Assembly: GCA_963675595.2 (NCBI GenBank)
Contig: CAXXLZ010000002.1
Location: forward strand, 2,240,001-2,304,000
Direction of reading: 5' to 3'
DNA: 64,000 nt
From: Thermodesulfobacteriota bacterium
GTDB lineage: Bacteria; Desulfobacterota; Desulfarculia; JACQYL01
Part shown: positions 8,937-17,780 of the stretch, one piece after another
Layout: each line of letters begins with the position of its first letter
Numbering within the stretch: position 1 is the first letter of the stretch
Made by a program: the position numbers and the translations under genes
The notes under the pieces: model-generated
What the model was told of the DNA's origin: nothing
Databases searched by the model: none
Seen by the model: only the letters and a program-made list of their open reading frames with translations

Positions 8937-9762
8937 CGTCCCCATCCAAACTCCCTGCCTCCAATCCAGCGCCGGCGCCCAAGAAGAAACGAAAATCGTC
9001 GGGTTCCCAGGCGAATTCCAAAACCAGCAGACTTCAGGAAATCAGCAGCGTTATCGCCCGTATTCGGAAAAATTATTTGCAGAAGGCATGATAACCTCCT
9101 ATAACGTTAAGTTATCGGTCATTGCTTTTCACTGGCCGTCGAGTCATTTCCTGGACGACCCATGGAGAACTTCGATGCGATCAAGCCTTCCGTATTGGAA
9201 ACACAGGGGCTCGCGAGGCGTACCAAAGCTCGCCGCTCCGACGCCGATCGCGCAGGTGAAAAGCAGGGTCCGGAAAAGGAGGGTAAGGAGCTCAGCTCGT
9301 TATTAGCCGACGAAGACCACGCCGGCGGAATCCTTAAGACCAAGGGAGACGACGCCCTGATGTTCTTTGTTCATGCGCCGTCGACTCCTTTGCATGTTTA
9401 AGGTCGGTTCCGATCCGAGAGGAAAAGTGATTCCAGGAAGAAATCTTCGTTCATGCTCAGGGTGGGAGGAAATACGGCCCGCCGAACCGGTTGCGCCTCT
9501 TGTCGCCCAAGTCGTCCGCCGCACAGATGCCGAAAAGGGATCGGCTCCCGCCTACGATGTACTCGATCTTTGTTCCCACGATATTGAAAAATCACGTGTC
9601 TTAGTCGTCCTCCCCAATAATGTCGACGCCCTCGGTAACCGGACAAACCCGGATCGTCCAATCCTCGCCTCACGTCCGAAGAGGGGAAACCGAGCGCTTA
9701 ATCGACAACTGTCGAACTCGTGTTCCGTCGAGCCTCAAACATCCCGACTGAAAGGAAGAGCC

Positions 9763-10947
9763 ATGGGAAGAATTTCGTCCGCCGTGGTCCTCATGTTCAC
9801 CGTCTTCATCCTCACGGTCGGACAGGTCCGGGCTGAAGGTCGACCGCTGAAGGTGGGGCTTCTGCTTCCATTGACGGGACCGGTTCCCGAATGGGGCAAG
9901 AAGCAGTCCGTGGGTGCTGAAATGGCGCTGGAAATGATCAACCGCAGAGGCGGAGTGATGGGCAACAGGGTGGAGGCAGTCGTCAGAGACACCGGAGGCG
10001 ACCCCCAACAGGCCCTCGCCCAATACCGGGAACTAGTGCTCGAAGAAGGCGTTTTGGCGGTTGTCGGGCCGCTCTTCAGCAATACATTCACGGCAATCGC
10101 GCCCGCCACCAACGACCTGAAAACGGCGATTATTGGAACCGCTTCAGCCCTACCCGGGCTGAGCGACCTGAAGCAGCGCCCTTACGCATTCCGCATGACC
10201 GTGACCTCCGATAAGAAAGAGGGCCCTTCGGTCAGGGCCTGGGCCTCGGCCCACCATATCCGAAGCGTCGTAATTCTCTACGACCGAACGGTGCCGGTCT
10301 GGACCACGGCGGCAACGAAGGTCTGGCCCGAGATCATGCACGATCTGAACATCGAGATCCTCAACCGCGATGATCCCATATCTTTTGAGACAGGCCAAAA
10401 AGACTACGGTCCGTGTGTCGAGCGAATCAAGGCCTATCACCCCGATGGTCTGTGCATCTCCGGCTTCTCCCCCGAAGTCGGACTTCTCCTAAAAGAAATT
10501 CGCATGCGTGGGTTGAAACAACCCGTTTTGGTAAGCAGCGGCGTTGCGAACCCCAAGGTCATTGAAGTCGCCGGTGATGCCGCGGAAGATTTATGGTCCG
10601 TGAGCCTGTTCTATTTGGACGATCCCAACCCCAAAGTGCGGGGCTATGTCGCCCGCTTCGAGAAACGATGCCGGGAAGAATACCCCGATATGAACTGCGA
10701 GTCGGAACAATACGACCAGGTCGTGTACGATATTCTCCTTTTTCTCGCGGATATCATGAAAAAGGAAATGATCGGCAACAATCCCGAAAATCTGCAAAAG
10801 GAGCGGGAGACCGTGAGGGACGGTCTCGCAAACATGGGCGTATGGCGGGGAACAGCCGGCATGATGGCCTTTGACGAGAAAGGAGACGGTATTCGCACCC
10901 TCCATGTGCTCAAAGTAAAGGACGGCAAGTGGCGACCCGCATTCTGA
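9763..10947 (+). CDS. LivK/LivJ-type (type 1) periplasmic ligand-binding protein
   Basis: RBS AAAGGAAG then ATG 9763; signal MGRISSAVVLMFTVFILTVGQVRA; LKVGLLLPLTG...INRRGGVMG...DTGGDP...VVGPLFS...YAFRM...GTAGMMAFDEKGD. Confidence 0.88.
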   Translation: MGRISSAVVLMFTVFILTVGQVRAEGRPLKVGLLLPLTGPVPEWGKKQSVGAEMALEMINRRGGVMGNRVEAVVRDTGGDPQQALAQYRELVLEEGVLAVVGPLFSNTFTAIAPATNDLKTAIIGTASALPGLSDLKQRPYAFRMTVTSDKKEGPSVRAWASAHHIRSVVILYDRTVPVWTTAATKVWPEIMHDLNIEILNRDDPISFETGQKDYGPCVERIKAYHPDGLCISGFSPEVGLLLKEIRMRGLKQPVLVSSGVANPKVIEVAGDAAEDLWSVSLFYLDDPNPKVRGYVARFEKRCREEYPDMNCESEQYDQVVYDILLFLADIMKKEMIGNNPENLQKERETVRDGLANMGVWRGTAGMMAFDEKGDGIRTLHVLKVKDGKWRPAF

Positions 10948-11058
10948 CGGACATGTCGAATCCGAAAGACTCAAGAAATTTGAGGAGGAGTATTTCCGTC
11001 ATATGAATCAGCACTCTTCATCGTCCATTCTTGGCTCACGATCACGAGAGGATACGAA

Positions 11059-14000
11059 ATGCCCATCAGAGAATCCGTAGGCGGCGGAGTAGCCGGAGGC
11101 CGACTCGGCATCTTCCGTGGAATGCGGGGAACGTTGCTGGCCTGGTTTGTTCTCTTGGCTCTCTTGCCCATGGTGCTGGTTGGGTCCATGGCCTATGACC
11201 GAGCGCGAAAAGCACTGACCCATGAGGCGAAGAGCAAGTTAATGGCCGTTCGGAAAGTCAAGCAGAGTATCCTGCAGACCTTGTTCCAGAGCTATGAATC
11301 GGACATCTTGTTCATCTCCCGGCTCCAGACGCTCAAGAGCGATATGGTGGACATGGAGGCCGGATTGAGATTCCTGGGTGCGGACAAACTACGGACGCTC
11401 TATCTCAACAAACCCGGCCTGGCGGATGCGAAGGACGGCAGCGCATACAGCGTGGTGCACAGTGAAGAACACGCCTTTTTCGAGAACTACATTCGCATCA
11501 ATAATTACGAGGACGTAATTCTCATCGATACGCAGGGCCATATCTTTTTCACCTATGCCAAAGGCGAGGCCTACGGCGCCGGTCTCATTTCCGATGTTTA
11601 CCACGATACCAATCTTGGGCGGCTTTTCCAAAAGCTGAAAACCTGCAAAGCCGGGGAGGTACTTCTTGAGGATGCCGCGCTGTTCGGAGACGATGTGGCG
11701 CTTTTCATGGGCACACCGGTCTACCGAGGAGAGGTGTGCCTCGGTTATCTCGTTCTCCAGCTCCCATTGGGCCGTATTAATCAGCAGATGAGTGAACGGG
11801 CGGGAATGGGCCGCACCGGCGAAACCTACCTCGTGGGTCCGGATCTCCGCCTGAGATCGGACACCTTCATAGACCCCGAATTTCGGAACCTGAAAGCCTC
11901 TCTCACCGGTACGGTGAAGAAGAACGGTATAGACACGCGGGCCGTTGAAGAAGCTTTGGCCGGCAAATCAGGCATCGAGGTCGTCACCGGCTACGGCGGC
12001 AATAAGGTCCTAAGCGCCTACGGACCGTTGAACGTCAAGGGGCTGCGCTGGGCCGTCATTGCCGAGATGGACCTGGATGAGGCGCTGGCCCCCATTATGT
12101 CTCTGAGACAGGTCTCGGTGGGCCTTGCGTTGCTGATGACCTTTGTCGCCGTGCTCCTGTCCCTGGCCGCTTCCGGCCGCATCGTAAGCCCCATTCGCCG
12201 GCTCACGGAGTGGTCCGAACGGATCGCCGACGGAGAGCTCAGCCAGGTCGACATCAAAGCTCCGGACAACGAAATCGGCGTACTCAACAATTCCTTCAGG
12301 AAAGCCGTGGAATCCCTCAAGACGGCCAACGCGGCCATCGTCAGGCAGACGAGACTACAAAGCGCCGTGAACCAGGTTTTCCGTCAGGCGTTGACTTCCG
12401 AAACCGAAGAGGAATTGGCGAAGGCGGTTCTTCATGTGGCGGAAGGATTAACGGAAAGCCGATACGGGTTCATCGGCATGCTGAACGCCTCGAAACTCAT
12501 GGATATCGTCGCGATCAACGATCGAGGTTGGAAAGACTGCAACATTGCGGAGCAGAACGCCGAAGAAATGATCAGGAACATGCCGGTACGAGGGATTGAC
12601 CGTACCGTTCTCCGAGACGGCATATCGAGGATACTGAATTCCGATGAAATTCCAATCCATCCCGATCGTGCGGGTACGCCTCCTGGGCATCCTCCGCTCT
12701 CCTCCTTGTTGGCCGTCCCCTTCAAGCGAAACGACCAATCGGTGGGCGTGATCGTTCTCGCGAACAAAGAAGAAGGCTACAGTTCCGAAGACCAGGAGAC
12801 GATCGAGGCATTTTCCGCCGCCTTCTACGAGGTGCTGCTGCGCAAGGAGATCGAGAATCAAGTTATGGAACAGGGAAAAGCTTTGAAGAGGCTTTCCTCG
12901 GAACTTGAGATCATCATAGACAGCATCCCCGGGGCGGTCTTTTACAAGGACCTGAACAACAATTACCTGCGGGTAAACAAGTATACGGCCGACGCGCACA
13001 ATCTTACCAAGGGCCGGATGGAAGGGAGAAGTTGCTTCGACCTGTATCCAAAACATGTGGCACAGGCTTATTGGGACGCCGACCTGGCCGTGGCCGCGGA
13101 TAAGAAGCCTCAGGTCAACGTGGATGAGCGCTGGGAGACCGCAAAAGGGTCTCGTTGGGTGAGCACCAGCAGGATTCCCAACTTGAACGATGAGGGCGAG
13201 GTCATTGGAATTATCGTCGTATCCATGGATATTGACGACCGACGGAAAGCGGAAGAAGCGCTGCGTGAAAAATCCGAACGCTTGATGGAACAAGACTGGC
13301 TGAAAACGGGAATCGGCACGTTAAACGAGGCATTGCGCGGAGATCCCGATATTGAGACGTTGGCATCCAGGACTCTCTCTGAAATGGCCCGTTACCTCAA
13401 TGCGCAGGTGGGCGCATTCTATGTTATGGGCCACGGCGGTGATCCTTCTCTCTCTCTCATGGGAAGCTATGCCTACAACAAACGCAAGAATCTCTCCAAT
13501 GTGTTCAGGCCCGGTGAAGGCCTGGTGGGCCAGGCGGCGCTTGAAAAACAGCAGATTCTTCTGCGCAATATTCCCGAGGACTACGTTAGGGTGACTTCGG
13601 GGCTTGGCGAACACGTGCCCCGATTTATTTGCGTTACTCCCGTTCTGTTGGATGATCGCGTCCTCGGAGTAATCGAATTAGGCACTCTTGAGGAAATAAG
13701 CGACCAACATATGAATTACCTCTCACAGGCCTGCCGGGCGTTGGCCATGGCCGTACAATCCGCGAACGGTCGGACGCAACTGGATGCGGCTTTGGAAGAA
13801 TCGCAGCGGCTGACTGAAGAGCTTCAGGTGCAGCAGGAAGAATTGAAAACGTCCAACGAGGAACTGGAGGAACAGGCCCGGCTGTTGAAAGACTCGGAGG
13901 AAAGACTCAAGAACCAACAGGAGGAGCTTCAGGTCTCCAATGAGGAACTGGAGGAAAAAAACGACCTTCTTGAACGGCAAACCAAAGAAGTTGAGCGAGC

Positions 14001-16068
14001 CAAAATAGAGGTCGAGGAGAAAGCCGAGCAGGTGGCATTGGCCAGCAAACACAAATCCGAGTTCCTTGCCAACATGTCCCATGAACTGCGCACCCCTCTC
14101 AACAGTCTTCTGCTCCTGGCCCGCAGTCTGGCCGAAAACAAGAGCGGCAACCTTACGGAAGAACAGGTGGAATCGGCAAAAGTCATCCACGGAAGCGGGA
14201 ACGATCTGCTCAACCTGATCAATGAGATTCTGGACCTGTCAAAGATCGAGGCGGGAAGAATGGATTTGCACCTGAGCGGCGTTTTCATCTCTGAATTGGC
14301 CGAAAGTGTGCGCGCAGGCTTCCGACACCTCGCGGAAGACAAAGGTTTGGCGCTTGAAATCGTGATACACGATGAAGCTCCGCAGGAAATCGTCACCGAC
14401 AGAAAGCGCATTGAACAAATCATCAGGAACCTCATGTCCAATGCTCTCAAATTCACCGACGAAGGGAAAGTCGAAGTGGCATTCGGGCGCCCCTCGAAAG
14501 ATATGGGCCTCCCCGGCAATTGGTCGTCGGCGAAGGACACGTTGTCCGTCTCCGTTACGGATACGGGTATCGGCATTGCGAAAGACCAGCAAAAGGTGAT
14601 TTTTGAGGCGTTTCAGCAGGCCGACGGCGGAACGTCCAGAAGATACGGAGGCACCGGCCTCGGCCTGTCTCTCTCCCGGGAACTGGCTCACCTGTTGGGC
14701 GGTGATATACAACTCAAAAGCGAACCGGGAAAGGGCTCGGTATTTACCCTATACGTCCCCGTGAGTCGGGAGGCGGACGGAACAAAGAACGCACACAATC
14801 CGGTGACGCCCGCGAGAGCCAGGTCCGCTCAACGGAATGTGACGCCGAGACCTCATTCGGAATGGATTCCCGATGATCGGGACACGATTACGGAATCGGA
14901 CAAGGTGATTCTCCTGATCGAAGATGATCCGGCATTCGCGCGAATACTGCATAACAAGTGCCATGATCGCGGGTTCAAATGTCTGGCCGCACCGACGGGT
15001 GAGGAGGCTCTGTCCTTGGCCGGCAGGTACGTTCCCAGCGGCATCATTCTCGACCTGCGTCTCCCCGGCATGGATGGCTGGGCCGTGCTGACCGCCTTAA
15101 AAGACGACATCCGAACACGACATGTCCCCGTCCATATCATCTCCGTGGATGAAGCCGGTACCGAATCCTTACGCAAAGGCGCGGTGGGCCACGCCACCAA
15201 GCCTATCTCCCAGGAAGACCTGGAGCAGGTGTTTCAGAAAATTGAATCGACCATAGTGGAAGGAGCCAAGCGCGTCCTCGTGGTGGAGGACGACCCTCGG
15301 ATGCGCGCCGACATCAGGCAACTCGTCGAGGACGGCGATGTCGAAGTCGCCGAGGCCGCCACGGGAAAGCAGGCACTCGAGGCCTTGCGAACCGAAGACT
15401 ATGGATGCGTACTTCTCGACCTGAACCTGCCGGACATGGACGGTGGACAATTGATCAATCAGGCACAGGCCGAAGGCATAAGCCTGCCTCCGGTGGTGGT
15501 GCACACCGCCAGGGATCTCTCGGAGCAGGAAGAACTGGAATTGAGGGAACATGCCGAGTCGATCGTGATCAAGGACGTGCGTTCACAGGAACGCCTCCTC
15601 GACGAAGTCACGCTGTTTCTGCATCGAATGGTCAATAAAATGCCCGAGATGAAAAAACAGATCATTCGGAACCTGCATGAAACCGACGTCTTACTCAAAG
15701 ACAAGAAAGTGCTGGTGGTGGATGACGATATGCGAACGACATTCGCCATGTCCCGTTTGCTCGCAGAACACGGGATCAAGCCTTTGAAGGCGGGCAATGG
15801 GGAACAAGCGCTTGAGATTCTCAATCGGGAATCGGACATAAGTCTCGTGCTTATGGACATCATGATGCCTGTGATGGACGGCTATGAAGCCGTGAAGCGG
15901 ATTCGCGCGAATGCGAAGTTTCGAAACCTGCCCATCATCGTATTAACGGCAAAGGCCATGCCGGAAGACCGTCATAAATGTATCGAGGCGGGGGCCAACG
16001 ACTATCTGGCCAAGCCGGTGGACCAGGATCGTCTCATTTCCATGTTGAGAGTTTGGTTGTACAGGTGA
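11059..16068 (+). CDS. Membrane hybrid sensor histidine kinase (TM-Cache-like-TM-HAMP-GAF-PAS-GAF-coiled coil-HisKA-HATPase-3xREC)
   Basis: Two TM helices; GETYLVGPD (Cache-like); DNEIGVL (HAMP); H-box FLANMSHELRTPLN; NLMSNALKFT; DTGIGI; GGTGLGL; three receivers (LLIEDD..ILDLRLP, LVVEDD..LLDLNLP, LVVDDD..LMDIMMP..KP). Confidence 0.95.
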   Translation: MPIRESVGGGVAGGRLGIFRGMRGTLLAWFVLLALLPMVLVGSMAYDRARKALTHEAKSKLMAVRKVKQSILQTLFQSYESDILFISRLQTLKSDMVDMEAGLRFLGADKLRTLYLNKPGLADAKDGSAYSVVHSEEHAFFENYIRINNYEDVILIDTQGHIFFTYAKGEAYGAGLISDVYHDTNLGRLFQKLKTCKAGEVLLEDAALFGDDVALFMGTPVYRGEVCLGYLVLQLPLGRINQQMSERAGMGRTGETYLVGPDLRLRSDTFIDPEFRNLKASLTGTVKKNGIDTRAVEEALAGKSGIEVVTGYGGNKVLSAYGPLNVKGLRWAVIAEMDLDEALAPIMSLRQVSVGLALLMTFVAVLLSLAASGRIVSPIRRLTEWSERIADGELSQVDIKAPDNEIGVLNNSFRKAVESLKTANAAIVRQTRLQSAVNQVFRQALTSETEEELAKAVLHVAEGLTESRYGFIGMLNASKLMDIVAINDRGWKDCNIAEQNAEEMIRNMPVRGIDRTVLRDGISRILNSDEIPIHPDRAGTPPGHPPLSSLLAVPFKRNDQSVGVIVLANKEEGYSSEDQETIEAFSAAFYEVLLRKEIENQVMEQGKALKRLSSELEIIIDSIPGAVFYKDLNNNYLRVNKYTADAHNLTKGRMEGRSCFDLYPKHVAQAYWDADLAVAADKKPQVNVDERWETAKGSRWVSTSRIPNLNDEGEVIGIIVVSMDIDDRRKAEEALREKSERLMEQDWLKTGIGTLNEALRGDPDIETLASRTLSEMARYLNAQVGAFYVMGHGGDPSLSLMGSYAYNKRKNLSNVFRPGEGLVGQAALEKQQILLRNIPEDYVRVTSGLGEHVPRFICVTPVLLDDRVLGVIELGTLEEISDQHMNYLSQACRALAMAVQSANGRTQLDAALEESQRLTEELQVQQEELKTSNEELEEQARLLKDSEERLKNQQEELQVSNEELEEKNDLLERQTKEVERAKIEVEEKAEQVALASKHKSEFLANMSHELRTPLNSLLLLARSLAENKSGNLTEEQVESAKVIHGSGNDLLNLINEILDLSKIEAGRMDLHLSGVFISELAESVRAGFRHLAEDKGLALEIVIHDEAPQEIVTDRKRIEQIIRNLMSNALKFTDEGKVEVAFGRPSKDMGLPGNWSSAKDTLSVSVTDTGIGIAKDQQKVIFEAFQQADGGTSRRYGGTGLGLSLSRELAHLLGGDIQLKSEPGKGSVFTLYVPVSREADGTKNAHNPVTPARARSAQRNVTPRPHSEWIPDDRDTITESDKVILLIEDDPAFARILHNKCHDRGFKCLAAPTGEEALSLAGRYVPSGIILDLRLPGMDGWAVLTALKDDIRTRHVPVHIISVDEAGTESLRKGAVGHATKPISQEDLEQVFQKIESTIVEGAKRVLVVEDDPRMRADIRQLVEDGDVEVAEAATGKQALEALRTEDYGCVLLDLNLPDMDGGQLINQAQAEGISLPPVVVHTARDLSEQEELELREHAESIVIKDVRSQERLLDEVTLFLHRMVNKMPEMKKQIIRNLHETDVLLKDKKVLVVDDDMRTTFAMSRLLAEHGIKPLKAGNGEQALEILNRESDISLVLMDIMMPVMDGYEAVKRIRANAKFRNLPIIVLTAKAMPEDRHKCIEAGANDYLAKPVDQDRLISMLRVWLYR

Positions 16069-16200
16069 GACCCGAAGTAAGGTTGGCACTTATCGTCGCT
16101 GAGGCGAACACCATGCATGGCTCATGGCTCGGACTCAGGCGCCCTGTATGTCTTTCTCGGCCGACCTATCAGGTCGGACCTATGCGGGAGACTGATACCC

Positions 16201-17028
16201 ATGAGAGACATCGATACGGAACAAATCGAAATTGAGCTCCTACTCGAGGCGCTTTACCGGGCATACGGCTACGACTTTCGTTCCTACGCCAGGGCCTCCA
16301 TCGAACGCCGGACACGGCAGTTTCTCTCGCGTAAAGGCATCAAGACCGTTTCCGAGATGATCGGGAAGGTGCTCCGAGAGAAGGATTTATCTTCCCAATT
16401 AGCCCAGTATTTTTCCATCCCGGTGACCGAGATGTTCCGAGACCCTTTCGTTTTCCGGGCGGTCAGAGAACAGGTCGTGCCTCTTCTTAGAACCTGGCCC
16501 CACTTCAAGGTCTGGTGTGCCGGATGCGCCACGGGGGAAGAGGTTTACTCGTTGGCCATCCTGCTTCAGGAAGAGGACATCTACGAGAGAGCGACGATCT
16601 ACGCCACGGATTTCAATGACGTTTCTCTCGACTCGGCCAAGGAGGGGGTGTACTCCATGGAAAAGATTCGCGAGGCCACTATCAACTACCAGCACGCGGG
16701 GGGAAGACGCTCTTTCGCCGATTACTATATGGCAAGATACGACGCCGTGGTCATGGATAACCGTCTCAAGGAACGGATTACTTTTGCCAATCACAACCTC
16801 GCCACCGACGGCGTGTTCGCCGAGACGCATCTAATCTTCTGCCGTAATGTGCTCATCTACTTTGACCGTGACCTCCAGAACCGGGCGTTGCGCCTCTACA
16901 CGGACAGTTTGGTACACGGTGGGTTTCTGTGTTTAGGGACAAAAGAGAATTTGCAGTTCACGGAGGTGACCGACCTCTATAGAACCATCAATGGAAAGGC
17001 CAAGATTTACCGAAAATGGGAGATGTAG
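16201..17028 (+). CDS. cheR: CheR-family protein-glutamate O-methyltransferase
   Basis: YGYDFRSY, VTEMFRDP, VWCAGCATGEEVYSLAI, IYATDFN, LIFCRNVLIYFD, GGFLCLG. Start chosen after the GGGAG RBS. Confidence 0.93.
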   Translation: MRDIDTEQIEIELLLEALYRAYGYDFRSYARASIERRTRQFLSRKGIKTVSEMIGKVLREKDLSSQLAQYFSIPVTEMFRDPFVFRAVREQVVPLLRTWPHFKVWCAGCATGEEVYSLAILLQEEDIYERATIYATDFNDVSLDSAKEGVYSMEKIREATINYQHAGGRRSFADYYMARYDAVVMDNRLKERITFANHNLATDGVFAETHLIFCRNVLIYFDRDLQNRALRLYTDSLVHGGFLCLGTKENLQFTEVTDLYRTINGKAKIYRKWEM

Positions 17029-17642
17029 AACATAGCCGATTCGTCCCAAAGGTTCCCCTTTCCATTGCCGGCGCGGCAAAGCGTTGGAACGCGGTGGCCA
17101 TAGGAGCCTCCGCAGGCGGCGGCGGCGCACTGCGGACAATTCTTTCTTTGCTTCCCGGAGACTATGCGCTGCCGATCCTCATCGCTCAGCACCTTCATCC
17201 GGATGATAACGGAGGCTTTGCTGAGAATTTGGCAAGAGACGTATCACTTCCCGTGACGTCCGCGTGCGATAAACAAGTAATTCAAGCCGGACATATCTAC
17301 GTTGCCCCCGCCAACTACCACATGTTGGTGGAGAGGAACGGATACATAGCGCTTACGACGGATGAAAAGGTCAATTGGTCACGTCCCTCCATTGATGTAT
17401 TGTTCGAAAGCGCGGCATATGCATGGAGGGAGAAGCTCATTGCCCTCATTCTATCGGGGGCGAATTCGGACGGTACGGAAGGTCTTCGTACGATCAAGAA
17501 ATTGGGGGGAATTGCCTTGGCGCAAGACCCGGGCACAACAGAGTATCCGGCTATGCCCTGGTCTGCCATCAATGCCGGAGTAGTAGACGAAATACTGACC
17601 CTGCATGAGATCGGCCAAAGACTCACGGAACTGGTCGGGTGA
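17016..17642 (+). CDS. cheB: CheB-family methylesterase, catalytic domain only (no receiver domain)
   Basis: AIGASAGG, AQHL, YVAPANYH, RPSIDVLFESAA, ILSGANSDG, MPWSAI. Confidence 0.92.
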   Translation: MGDVEHSRFVPKVPLSIAGAAKRWNAVAIGASAGGGGALRTILSLLPGDYALPILIAQHLHPDDNGGFAENLARDVSLPVTSACDKQVIQAGHIYVAPANYHMLVERNGYIALTTDEKVNWSRPSIDVLFESAAYAWREKLIALILSGANSDGTEGLRTIKKLGGIALAQDPGTTEYPAMPWSAINAGVVDEILTLHEIGQRLTELVG

Positions 17643-17780
17643 GAAGCCGTAGGAACATGCAAACACTAGGAAGCCCCCCCCGGCTGGGCCAACCCGTCAA
17701 GGGAAAACCAAGCTCCCGCGGTCCGGCTCCCCTTGGATGGGCGCCCCGCTTCCGCTCGATGATTCAAACCGGAGGAAGTC

